Shown here in pieces: positions 51,677 to 63,819 of a DNA stretch of 64,000 bases (position 1 is the stretch's first letter; each line of letters starts with the position of its first letter). The DNA lies in contig JAAILG010000242.1 in NCBI GenBank assembly GCA_012026655.1, forward strand, positions 1 to 64,000, given 5' to 3'. The notes beneath the pieces are model-generated. The model saw only the letters and a program-made list of their open reading frames with translations. It did no database searches and was not told where the DNA came from. This DNA comes from Hydrolagus affinis (lineage: Eukaryota). The translations under genes and the position numbers were made by a program.

Positions 51677-52831
51677 CAGTGTTTCTCAACAACCGGTCCG
51701 TGGACCGGTGCCAGTCCGCAGCAGTGTCCTCGCCGGTCCGTGTGAGATTAGAGAAAATCAATTTTGAAAAAAAGGAAACATGACACAGCGGAGCAGATTT
51801 TCACAAAATCCCAAACAGTTCATAGTAAGTTTACATTCCATTCCATTCCATGCAGCTCCGCTTCAAGTCTCCCATTTAAAATTAGGTTTCCAGTGCTGTG
51901 TGGTGGGTACAATGACAGGGTAAATGACCATGCTCACTTCAAGTCAAAGGTTTCTTTTAAAATGTAAAATTACAGCAGGAAAAAAAACATTTTTTATTGT
52001 TATCTGTACTAAATAGAGTGAGTTTCAGATTATGCAACTTAATTAAACCCCAGTGCCTGCACTTTCATTTAATTTCAAGTTTATATTCCACATCCGTCAG
52101 ATCGCCCGTCTCCAGCAATATCTCGCCACATAAGCCGCTGAAACCCTGGTCCATGCCTTTGTCACCTCTCGGCTGGACTATTCCAATGCCCTCCTTGCCG
52201 GTCTCCCCTCCAGTACAATCCATAAAATCCAACTCATTCAGAACTCTGCTGCCCGCATTCTCACCCGCACCAAACTTTGTTCCCCCATTACCCCAGTCCT
52301 TGCCAGACTTTACTGACTCCCTGTCCCGGAGAGGATCAATTTCAAGATCCTCACTCTTGTTTTAAAATCCATCCTCTGCACCCCCTACCTCTCTGACCTC
52401 CTCTTTCCTCAAACCGGCACCTGTTGCCTTCGCTCCATCAGGTCTGGCCTCCTCCGTGTCCCCTGAATCCTCCGCTCCACCCTCAGCGGCCATGCCTTCA
52501 GCCACTATGCCCCGAGGCTCTGGAACTCCCTTCCTCACTCCCTTCACCTCGCCCCCTCTCTTCCCAGTTTCAGGTCCCAGCTAAAGACCTTTCTCTTCGA
52601 CCGCGCCTTTGGTCACCTTTCTACCCCTGCCCCTGGCTTGGTCCCGGGATCCGTTTTGAAGCACTCTGAGACACCGTCCGGCGTAGAGGGTGCTATATAA
52701 ATCAAAGTTGTTATATGCACAAATCTAGCAGTAAAAAATAGACAAAAATGGCCAAGACCTTAAAAGAGGTCCACGGCAGTTTAGGAAGACAGCCATCCAG
52801 TCCCCGGCATCAAAAAGGTTGAGAAACACTG
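51677..52831. mobile_element. hAT-Charlie-type non-autonomous element with a nested L2
   Basis: Perfect 14-bp TIRs CAGTGTTTCTCAAC/GTTGAGAAACACTG. 8-bp TSD CTTTAGAG (51669-51676) and CTTTAGGG (52832-52839). Confidence 0.92.
52087..52710 (+). mobile_element. L2 type B 3' fragment nested in the Charlie element
   Basis: [19 protein letters not shown] remnant and type B tail; candidate TSD TTATAT at 52081 and 52711. Confidence 0.9.
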
Positions 52832-53587
52832 CTTTAGGGCATCCAGAGCGCCACACTGAGTAGAGGCATAAGAGAATAGGGAGAATGTTCAAAAACTGTT
52901 TGGATACTTTTCCAACAAATCTGACACATACTTAGGAGCAATTGAACACAAATGGACAAATTTCAGGAGAGAAAAGATCAAAAGAATAACAACTGTCTGG
53001 ATCACTGTGCTAAATGGTCGCAATGTGTTTCCTACAGAAACCAAGAGGGCTATAAACCTTTTAATTTCAAGACTCCCAGTGCGTGAAATATCAAGCAATC
53101 TTAAAATAAATTGAATAGTGGCATTAATCAAAACTACAATCAGAAGGAACAAAAAAAATTTAGAAGAATTAAACTGAGCAATTAAAGGATTATCTGAAAG
53201 GTCATTGGGATTAATTACAATGCTCTTTATTGAAACATTTGTTACAAGGCATGTCACGTCTAGATCAAGCGATCAAGATCTGTATGCATGCTAAATTAGA
53301 GAAAGATGTTGCATTACACTGAAGCATAATCCAATTATAGCGCTGTGCAATCTAAGAGGCTGTTAATAACTCTTTGTTTGTATGTTTATCCTGATGCTCC
53401 AATAAACAATGAAAGTAGGACCCACACATCATGCTCGAGCTTTTCCCCTCAGGTCATAGACTTTGAAAACTGTACTGCCCTATTCCATGAGCGATCTGTT
53501 TTTATTGCTGTGTGTACAAGAGCAAAATTCACCACAGAACAATTGTCAGAACAATCATTCAGTTTGTTAAACATGTATTGCTGTTGT

Positions 53588-54338
53588 TTGATTGACCCTG
53601 AACTGTCCTTCCTCCCCAACATCCAACCATGACCAGTACTGCCTCCACCACCTTCGCAACATCGCCAGACTCTGCCACTGACTCACCTCGCAGGCTGCCG
53701 AAACCCTATTCCACGCATTCGTCACATCAAGGCTCAACTATGGATACTCCCTCCTCGTCGGCCTTTCTGTCTCTTCCCTTCACACGCTGCAGATCATCCA
53801 GGTCTGCAGCTCCTCTCCCGCACCAAGCTCCTCGACCACATCACTCTCACCCTTGCTTGGCTCCATTGGCTCCCATCCCCCAGAAGATCGAAATCAAGAT
53901 CCCCGTACTAACTTTCAAGGCCATTCATGGCCTTGCCCTCACCTATCTTTCCTACCTACCTATCTTGTCCCCCTACAAATCTGCCTGCCCCCTCCATTCA
54001 GTGGGCTCCAGTCTGCTCCATGCCCACCGCCCGACCCGCCCTACCATCAATAGACGGGCTTTCAGCCTCTGTGTCCCCACACTCTGGAACACCATCCCAC
54101 AGTCCCTTCACCTCGCTTCCTCCCTTGCCTCCTTCAAGGCCTGTCTTAAGACCCTCCTCTTCAATCGTGTCTTCTGCTGCTCTCCCAATTCTCTCCCTTC
54201 CCTCCTATCTTTCTCCCTCCCCTCCCCTCTATCCTGCCCCTCTCACTTGCTTGGGTCCTGACCTGATTGTTCAGCCCCCATGGGTCAACCTCCCGATGTG
54301 AAAGGTGCTCTATAAATGTAAATTTGTTGTTGTTGTTG
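53588..54338 (+). mobile_element. L2 type A 3' fragment
   Basis: DPELSFLPNI...KIEIKIPVLTFKAIHGLA remnant; (GTT)n tail. Confidence 0.9.
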
Positions 54339-54454
54339 AGAAGCTCAATAAGATGGGATATGCTATAGAATCCTCGAGGAAATTAATAATTAGTGTCTTT
54401 ATTAAACAATGCATTGCACGATAGAGATGACAGGACAAAGAAACATAAAATCTC

Positions 54455-54660
54455 TAGGATGAAGTTCCAGAGAATGAGAGCAGAATGGCTGAAACCTTGG
54501 CTGCTGATGGTGGAGCGCATCGGGTTGGGGACATGAGCAGGATGAGTGAAGGGAGTGAATGGGTGGGTAGGATTGAAGGAGGGAGCAGAGATATGGTGAG
54601 GTGGGATGGCGGAATGATTGATTTGAAGGTGAGAGTAAGGATACAGAGTCACAAATTAGA
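54455..54660 (-). mobile_element. Old L2 fragment
   Basis: GAGTTCCAGAG-like and TTGAAGGTGAG-like antisense L2 motifs. Confidence 0.55.
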
Positions 54661-55257
54661 GTTCCTTCTGGTAATCAGCAGCATGTTATGCCAACCAGCT
54701 GGAACTTTACTCTGAAATAATCTACAACAGCAACAATAACTTCATAGATATAGGGCCCCCACACTAATAATAATCATCATCATCCTGTATTTGATATAGT
54801 GCCTTATTAATGTGTTGAGATGTCTCAAAGCGCTTCAGAGAATATACTGTGAAGTGGATTGACTGGTTATTTTGTAGGTGAAGCCAAATACACATGAATA
54901 ATGCCTCAGACCTCATTATTGTGAATAATGCTGCTTGCATAGTGGTTAAATGATTTTGTAATAGAGGAGAGATTAAGTAAACGTACAGGTGTTTTTATTC
55001 CTTAAAATAATCATGTAAACATTAAAATAATGTTCATTGAATAGTCAGAATGACCTTTCAAATAATCCTTTAATTTCTTATTTGAATTCCTTTAAATCTG
55101 TTTTTGTTCCTTCTGATTGCAATTTTCATTAATGCAGATACCAAGTAAGGGAGAAAGAAGGGTTGATGAAGGAATGGAGATGTGATTCAAGAAGTTGGTT
55201 TTAAGGTAGAATGTCAGGGTACAAAACAGGGCTAGAGGGAGGTCCAGAGGTTAGAGC

Positions 55258-56268
55258 CTATCCGGTCCTATCTCTCCCACCACCTTCACTTTGTCTCCTC
55301 CAACGGTTTCTTCTCCAGCCCCCACACAGTCACATGCAACATCCCCCAGGATTCTGTCCTTGGCCCCCTGCTCTTCACCCGCTACACTCTCCCCCTGGGT
55401 GACATCATCTGCAGACATGGGCTAAATTTCCACATGTATGCGGATGACACCCAACTCTACCTATCCACGTCAATCCTCGATTCCAGGACCACTGGCTTTC
55501 TGACTGCATACCTGTCCGACATTGAGTCTTGGATGAGGGTAAATTTCCTACAAATTAATGTCAACAAGATGGAAGCCCTTCTGATTGGCTCACGTCAGCG
55601 CCTCCGCACCTCAGGTGCTGACAACATCAGCGTTCAAAGCTGCTCTCTCCACCTCTCGAAGCCAATCAGGAATCTGGACGTCTTGTTCGACCCCGAGCTA
55701 TCCTTCCTCTCCCACATCCGCTCCATGACCAGCACAGCTTTCCATCATCTCCGTAATATTGTATTGCCAGACTCTGCCACTACCTCACCCCCCACTCTGC
55801 CGAAACTCTCATCCACGCCTTTATCACTTCCAGGCTCGACTACGGGACCTCTCTCCTCATCGACCTCCCCAGCTCCTCCCTTCATAGGCTGCAGATCATT
55901 CAGAATTCTGCAGCTCGTGTACTCTCCTGCACCAGGCTTTGCGACCACATCACTCCCACCCTCGCCCGTCTCCACTGGCTCCCTGTCACCCAGAGGATCG
56001 AATTCAAGATCCTTGTTCTCACTTTCAAGGTCATTCACGGCCTTGCCCCCACCTATCTCTCTGACCTACTGTCTCCCTATCAGCCTGCCCGCACCCTCTG
56101 TTCAGCAGACTCAGGCCTGCTCCGTGTCCATCGCCCTAACCGCCCAACCATCGGCGGCCGGGCTTTCAGCCGCTCTGCTCCCACACTGTGGCACTCCATC
56201 CTGCAGACCCTCCGCCTTGCTTCCTCCCTTTCCTCTTTCAAAGCCGGTCTCAAGACCTTCCTCTTCCT
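55258..56268 (+). mobile_element. L2 ORF2 fragment including the RT catalytic motif, lacking the 3' tail
   Basis: [12 protein letters not shown]...[18 protein letters not shown] (YADD); frameshifted downstream. Confidence 0.92.
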
Positions 56269-57674
56269 CTAACTACTTCCAGGACAGGCCAATATGATTC
56301 TTGTATCAGAGGAATTCCCATTTGAAACTCAGAATCCTTATTGGGGAATCAAATTATAAATTATAAATTGTTGTGTTTTAGTTGCATAAGCGAGTGAGAT
56401 TATTGTTGAAACCTTTAAAGTATTTTAGGTTTGTTTGTTCCATTATCTGTATCACAAGATGGGCTCCTTAATAGCATTTCAACGCTCAATGCCACAATTA
56501 CTAATAATGCAAGTCAATATAAGTCAACCTTACTGTCCCACATCACTTCCAGAAGTATTGATACAGCATTAGTCATGTGTGCACTAATCCATCACACCTG
56601 GAGTTTCTATGTGAAAAAAAACAGACATATAATTATTTCAAGTGTCATACTAATCCCAGTGGTAACATATTGTATGGTATGTGGCAACCAAAGCACATAA
56701 AAAGCTTAGAGAAAACCTCTCGTGAACCAGGCACACACAAGAGGATTCAGTAAAAGGAAGAGCTCAACACAGCTGGAAATCACAGGAAAACACCCATTGG
56801 TTTGTTATTCTCCTGCCCTTAATATTCTGCTGAGCATTTTGTGTGGATGTACAGGGCTGAGTGAAGAGTAACTGCCACATTTAGCAAAGCAATTTCAGCC
56901 GGGAATGAAAGAACTTGTGTTTCCAATTGTTTCTTTTTATCTTGAAAAGCCTCAAAGCACTTTGCAGATAATTGCTGTCAAGTGTAGTGAGTGTTATAAA
57001 TACACAAAGCAACCATTTGTGCCAGTGAGATCCCATTAACAGCCATGAGGGGAATGATCAATTAATCTAGAGGGTTACAATAACTACAGTCACAGAAAGA
57101 AGTTTCATGACCAAACAAGTGCTGGGGCGGTGATGCGGATGGGGTCACTTCTGCTCGCAATTTTCAGCAAAGGGATAACTATTACCAGTGATCATTGTCA
57201 TATTCAGTTCCTCTATTTTAACTTGCGGAAACAGACTGGTTGTCAAATCCAATCAAGTTCAAATGCCAAGTATTTACCACTGTGATCTAATGTACTGCCA
57301 TCTCCTGTTCTTGACACATAATGTGCTATTGTTCACAATCTTCCATTCAGTCAGTTGTTACAGGAACTATTGTCCCTAATTCTCATTCAATGGGCCAGAA
57401 TTCCATCCCCCCTTTAATGAGTTGACATTTTATTCTGATCCGGGTGCTGTTATTTCTAAACAAGAATGCCATTCTTAGAAGGCAATTAATAAAAATTGCT
57501 TAATTTAAACAGTCAGCACTATGTGAATTATCCATCAGCGGCATTCCCCCCAAATAAGGATGCTATAACTTGGGAAAACACTAATTTATAAACCCATTCC
57601 TCGGTTAAATTGATATTACTTTAGGACATTTAAAAGTTGCAGCAGTTCATCTTCGTGTGATTATATAACTTTAG

Positions 57675-58402
57675 CTAGGTTCAATCGATAGCACTCTTGT
57701 CTACGAGTCAGGAGCTAATGGGTTCAAACCCCAACAACAACAAAATTACACTTATATAACCCCAAGTTGTGGGGTCCTGTAGCTCAGTGGTTAGAGCACT
57801 CGCCTTACATGTGTGAGTCCTGTGTTCGAATCCAGGCAGCTCAGGCCGAAACCTTGGGCAAGTTTCCTTACTCCATACCCCTGATAATAATCCTTAAAAA
57901 ACAATTGGTCATTTCAGTCCACGACTGTTTGTGGGACATTGCTGTGCGCAATTGACTGCTGCGTTTCGCCCACAAATATACAATCAATTAACTTTACAGT
58001 GTATTCTGTGAGGCACTTTGAGACATCTGGAAGACAAGAAAAGCACTATATAAAATGCAAGGATTATTATTATAGATTCCTATTTAACTTGACATTCCAA
58101 TGTAGTGCTGGATAGCACTTCATTTTTGGATGTAACTTCCTTTGATGAGATGTCAACATAAGGTTCCGGTGCCTGTTTAGGTAGGCATTAAGCATCTCAT
58201 GACCCTTTTTGAAATGAGAGGCCAAGCCAACAATCCAGCAGTTAAAATTGGTTGTTAACTTTATGTTGTTCGTGGGATATTCCTGTGTGCAAATTGTCTG
58301 CTATGTTCACCTACAAAATACAATCACTACATTTTACAGCAAAGTGCTTTGAGCCATCCTCCCAAAATGTAGGATGCTACATCAAATGCAAAGATTATTA
58401 CA
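57675..58402 (+). mobile_element. Old DeuSINE interrupted by an antisense L2 tail and a full-length young SINE (57771-58072)
   Basis: Old head at 57675-57732. The Deu body resumes at about 58088 (TGACATTCCAATGTAGTGCTG...GATGAGATGTCAAC). Confidence 0.8.
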
Positions 58403-59351
58403 ATATAAATGGAAATTTGCATAAATTTTGGAAAATACTTTATATAGAGTCTCTTCTGAAGTTCAGAGTAATCTTTGAATATATTTTGAATATATTCAAG
58501 CTGAGAATATACATATTTTTCAGAACCGACATCTATCAGTCACTAATCTTTTCCCAGATGCACCACAATTTGCAAGGCATTTACAGCACTGTAAATATTA
58601 AAAAATAATCCTTTATTTCCTGAGGTTTCCTGAGATTTCCTGATCTTCATGCAATTGCTTGGTGTTTTACAGAAAAAATGACTTAGTTGTTTGCACAAAT
58701 GGGTGCAGTAAATTTAATAGATAGTACAGGCTCATATCTTCCATTCCCTGCAAGTCATGTAAAGCGTTCTGATAGAAAAATTAATTACTCTGCATTTTGG
58801 AAACCAAATCAAATAGTGCCCATGTCTGAGGTAATTTCATCACATAAGATGAGAGCTGATTCTGTAATACTAACAGTCAGCAAAATATCGAGGATAAAGG
58901 AATGATTGTGTAGTACAAAGGTACCTCCTAATGTGTTTAAATAAGTTGATTCAGCTAAGGTTCATTGCCAGCATGTTTCTGTGAAAATGAAGATGTTAAT
59001 AATTTAACTGAAATGAATCTATAGTACAATATAAAGTCCAATTTACAGTTCCATCTAAGATATGAGTTTATGAAACTAATTATATGGCAATAGAAAATAG
59101 AATAAATTTAATTTAAAATTATTAGCGTGAATCAATGCTTGAAAATTTTATATGATGCTGCAAGGAGGATATTACGCATGAGTACAAAGAGATTTATGCT
59201 TCCTCTAAACCTGATCAGACCTAATAAATGCATTCCTTGCAAATATAAATGTTGAAGATCCATTTAACAATAAGACAAGGGGCAAAGCATAGTTCAGGTT
59301 GAAAAGGACTTTATTCTTTTTTTTGGCACATTTTCTCATTTTTTCTTTTCT

Positions 59352-59571
59352 TGAGGTCGTGCATTCAGCCACTAAGCCCAATATTCTGGAACAATCTCCC
59401 TCAATCTCTCTGCTTTGCGTCTTCTCTCCTCTTTTTCAAATCCAGCCTGAAAACCTCCCTTTTCGACCGTGCTTATGGTCACGTCTCCGCTGGCTCGGAG
59501 TCAGGCAGGCTCCGCCACTGTTAAGCCCTCTGAGACGCATGGAGAGTGCTCTATAAGTGCAAGTTGTTGTT
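59352..59571 (+). mobile_element. L2 type C 3' end
   Basis: GGTCGTGCATTCAGCCACT...GGCTCCGCCACTGTTAAGCCCTCTGAGACGC...GTTGTTG. Confidence 0.75.
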
Positions 59572-60064
59572 CTTCCCTCTGTACAATACATTATTTAGAG
59601 TTTAGAAAACACCAGCAGAATTTATGTCAGGGATGTAAAGGGTAGTGTTCATACCCCATACCAGACAAATAGAAACCATACTAAATGAACTCTCCTAAGT
59701 TTGGTTTGGAAACTCTTAAGTGTGGTGCTGGGTTTGTCATTTGACTAATTTGTGTTGTGGCTTATTTGGTATATTTGTTCCATTTGGTATATTTATCATA
59801 TTAGATTCAATGTTGTTACAACTGCAAAGCAATTTTGTAGCATTTCATTTGCTATTCATAATGTGTTTTAATTAACTTTAAATGTTATTACAGTAAGTGT
59901 ATAGGGACAATTTCACAAAACTTACCAAATGCAGCATAATAGCGAATAACCCAATATAAATAAGTTTGCTACATTAAGCATACATGACAGAATAACCGAT
60001 TGGTAACAGTCCAGAAACTGGGCTTCCGACAATGCTTGTCATCATGAGCCATGTGAGGACAACA

Positions 60065-60260
60065 TGGGTTCCTCAGTTGGTAAAGAGACTACAGTATACT
60101 GTATAACATAAAACTGAGCAATCATTACCAGAGACCGAGCTTCAGTCTTCAGCCTGTGCTGAGTTAATTATCTCAGCAGGGGTAGCTATCAGATTGTTAC
60201 AATTGGCAGCACTGCACAGGTCTAGCAGCTCAAGAGGAGTCCCAGGGAATGAAGAGAGAA
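60065..60260 (+). mobile_element. Old SINE family X, head and middle
   Basis: CTCAGTTGG A-box-like sequence; CTGTGCTGAGTTAATTATCTCAGCAGGG...TACAATTGGC. Confidence 0.5.
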
Positions 60261-60745
60261 AGAAGTACTTGTTACAGCTGAAATACTGTACAACTATACA
60301 CCAATAATTTAATCTTTTTTAGCTGCGGGATTGCTTTGACCAGAAAGTGTTCCAAGAGTTTCCATTACTGCAGAATAAATGAGTGATGTGGATTTATTTG
60401 AAGCATTCATAATTCAAAGGGAAGTGCCAGACAATGTTCTTGGTGCCAAGGCAGGAGGGAGATAAAAATTACTGAACGGAGTACATGAGAATTTCAAAAT
60501 TTCCCAACAATAAATTGCCCTTACACAATACTAATGAAGGTAATACTGATTCAGTGGCCAAGCGGTCAGCGTTTAGGCAGTTTTTACAGATTTGGGGTGA
60601 AATTTTACATATATTTATTTGATAATTAAAGACATTGTATGATTATTATTTATTGGATTCCTACTTACTCTCATATTATTTTAGCCATCCTAAGATTTGA
60701 AACAAATACTTGAAGCATTATTTTATCTGTAGAAATCTGAAGCAG

Positions 60746-60832
60746 TGACTGTCCACCGCCTTGGGATGTCCTCCTGACGTGAAAGACGCTATAGAGAAGT
60801 ATGTATAATTTTGTTGTTTTGATGCTGTTGTT
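60746..60832 (+). mobile_element. Tail-only L2 (type A)
   Basis: TGACTGTCCACCGCCTTGGGATGTCCTCCTGACGTGAAAGACGCTAT. Confidence 0.8.
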
Positions 60833-61194
60833 TTTACTGCTTCTGGATGTGGGATAAGAGTGCCCACTTTGAGTTCCTTCCCTACCAGTGACAATTCCTT
60901 AAAAATGCCCTGGTCCTGGTCCTGTGCATGCTCTCAAATGATCAGGAATGTGTCATAGCCACCTAAACAATTGCAATGTTGAATGAGTTGAATGAGATGA
61001 TTGACTGTTTTCCTGGCTGTTTTATTACTGGGTGGCTAATTTAGCAAAGGTGAAGTGTTAAATTACCAGGGAAACATAAAGTTCATTCACTTCTCTGCAT
61101 CAGTGAAGCCTACTATGTCAGAATGGCAGCTCCAATTTCCTTCTAACATTGCTAATATTTATGCATGTTTAAAGTTTTTCTTTATTTAAAACAG

Positions 61195-61640
61195 TGAATA
61201 ACTTGTATTTATATAGTGTCCTTCATGTAAAGTAAATATCTGAAAGTGCTTCACAAAATTGAATAACTAATCCTTACATTTGATATAGCGATTTTTACTT
61301 TGGGAGGATGTCTCAAAGTATTTCTCTGGAAATATAGTAAAATGCAGTTTGTGTGTTTTGTAGGCGAACACGTTAGCCAATTTGCACACAGCAATGTCTC
61401 AAATCCCAATGACAGATCACTGGGAAAAGTAATAGTAATCCTTGCATTTGATATAGTGCTTTTCACATCTTATCGCCGACACTCAAAGCGCTTCACAGAC
61501 TATACCGTAAAGTAAATTTACTCTATATTTGTGGGTGAAACGCGGCAGCCAATTGCGCACAGCAGTGTCCCACAAACTGTTGTGGATTGAAAATGACCAA
61601 TTTTTATTATTGTATTTTTTCTTGGAGGGATTATTATTAA
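61195..61640 (-). mobile_element. Three tandem SINE/L2 3' ends
   Basis: Three successive antisense tails at about 61197, 61265 and 61430; the last is a well-preserved young SINE 3' half. Confidence 0.8.
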
Positions 61641-62304
61641 TAATAAAGTAAACAGAGTCTTACCTAATATGTGTGTGTGTGACTTCAGGATCTCCATTAG
61701 CATTAGGATTTTGTTTTACATGATCAAATATAAATAAAAGTTTTTGCAGAAGCTGCTTTGAAGTTAAATGCAACATAAAACAGCAATTTACACTTATACA
61801 GCCCCTTTGGTAGAGGATCAGGTCTCAAAGCACTTCATAGAGATGGAGTGGGAGCGTAGGCAAGGGGGGGAGAGAGGGCAGAAGGGAGCTGACTGAAGTA
61901 TACTGTAGTAAGGTAAGTATATTTTTTATACTTACAAGGAGAGTGAGTTAGTGAGAGACAATCTAGGAGAAGGTTCCAGAGGGTGTGTATGCGTTATTAC
62001 ATATTTATTATGTGTTATTACATATGTGTTATCCTCCTTATTCCAGTTAAGTACTGTTCTGTTCACTTGGAAATAGATTTGCAGTATAATGTGAGAGCAT
62101 TCTTGTTCTTAAGCATTCATTCTAAGTGTTTATGTGATGGTATAATTGAGCAAATTTATTTTAGAGCCCATTTCACCCTGTTGAATGGTTTTAGTTTGTG
62201 CTTCTTAAAACATCAAGCGTCATTATTATTCGGGGGGCAACAAGAAAGATAACAAGAAAATAAGTGCTGCTAAACAGTGAATGAATATAATTGTAAAACT
62301 ATTA

Positions 62305-62395
62305 GGTCTGACATAATGGTTTACACTGAACTTTCACCCTCTGGGACCTAGGTTTGATTCCTGCTCTGACTGGCCAGATGAAAGTCTCCACTTTC
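62305..62395 (+). mobile_element. LF-SINE-like tRNA head
   Basis: CTTTCACCCTCTGGGACCTAGGTTTGATTCC...GATGAAAGTC resembles the recalled LF-SINE 5' part. Confidence 0.4.
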
Positions 62396-63070
62396 CGTTG
62401 ACTCCCATTTCACTACCAGCTGCCTCCACTCAAATGTTTCTGGCCTTCTGCATGTCTCTCGTGCCCTCCATTCCACCCATTTCTAGCCGTGTTTCAGCCA
62501 AATGCCCCAAATCTCTGGAACACTCTTTCTCCATCCCTTTCCCTAGCCCCACTTCCCCCCAACTTCAGGGTTTGCCTACCTTCTTCTTTGATCGTGCCTA
62601 CAGGCACCTCTCTCTCCCCCCCGCTCGGCATCATGCTTCATCATTGTCTAGTGCTCTGAGACAGTACAACAATGACAACCACAAAAAATTTCATTTATAT
62701 AGCACCCTCCACGTTGCTTCATAATGGCGGAGCCTGAGGCCGAGCTAGGGGAGGTCTAGGGTGACGATAAGTGCAGGCGAAGAGAAAGGTCTTTAGGTTC
62801 ACCCTGAAGATGGAAAAGGAGGGGGAAGATGAAGGGGTTGAGCAAGGGAGTTCCAGAGTTTTGGGGCACAGTGGTGCATGCAGCAGAGGATTTGGGGGAC
62901 AAGGAAGAGGCCGGACCCTCTTCCGGCCTCTAGAAGGTGTAGAGCGGATGATGGTACTGCTGTGAGCAGAAAGGAGGTTAGAGAGGTAGTGGGGGCTGCA
63001 GTGGAGTGGAGGGGTTTAAACACAAGAGTAAAGATCTTTAAGTCGATCCGCTCTGTGACAGGGATCCAGA
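62396..63070. mobile_element. Tail-to-tail L2 type C pair (+ 62396-62665, - 62666-63070)
   Basis: The plus copy breaks off inside its tail hairpin (AGTGCTCTGAGAC), where the (AAC)-like tail of the minus copy begins. Confidence 0.8.
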
Positions 63071-63819
63071 GTTACCCTGAATGAGGGATGCAATATAAAT
63101 CCAAGTTGCTGATGACTATAACAAATCTGAATTGGGACTCTATCATGTTCTGATTGGGTAAGAGGTCAAGGCACCAACTTGCCTCCATTTCTCTGCAGTG
63201 TGTTTGTAATTTATGTCTTTGATCCAGTGTTGCCTTCCACCCACTTTGAAAAACATATCTTCCTACAATTTGGAAATAGCTAATCAGGTGCAGGAGTTGC
63301 ATTGTTTGTATGTTCGTGCTTTGATATTTAATACAGGAATAAAACATAAAGAGACAAGTTCTCAGCAGGCTATCCCTTTGTTCCCCTCATTCTGGTGGGA
63401 AATTCATGCATACAGGCACTGGCTTACAGGAGCAAATAATCTTCCCATTGACCCAAATAATAGTAATAATAATAACAACAATCCTTGCATAAGATATAGT
63501 GCCTTATCACATAACCAAAAGGTACATGGATCACAAAGACACAGCTGTTACTGGTCGCCTCCAGGTTTGACTTTTTTATTGATATAAATCCTGGTGACTC
63601 ACCGGTATCATTCAGATGTGGGGCGTGACAGTGTCAGTGAGCTGTTTGATCATGGGGAGCAGCCCACCTGAGCCTCATGTCACATCTACATGTTTCAGAA
63701 GGCGTCAAGTTGTTATGGTGCAACATAAGTTGCAGCTTCTGTAAAGGGATCAAATGTATATTACCATGTGAATGATAGAAATTTGGTTATTCAATACATG
63801 ATCAAATTGTGACAAATTG

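Noticed and set aside
52889-53257. 122-aa hydrophobic ORF on the minus strand
   Set aside because: No recognisable domain or splice context. Hydrophobicity is explained by the T-rich strand composition.
53629-54261. 210-aa and other Ser/Pro/Leu-rich ORFs (also 20980, 29764, 633)
   Set aside because: They are alternative frames of C-rich L2 3' fragments.
55434-56297. Longest ORF (287 aa) as a host gene
   Set aside because: It is an L2 RT fragment (YADD) that shifts into a Ser/Pro-rich off-frame reading.
57771-57845. tRNA genes (Val/Ala-like heads at 3453, 9841, 36822, 47250, 57771)
   Set aside because: They lack a proper acceptor stem and run straight into SINE bodies.
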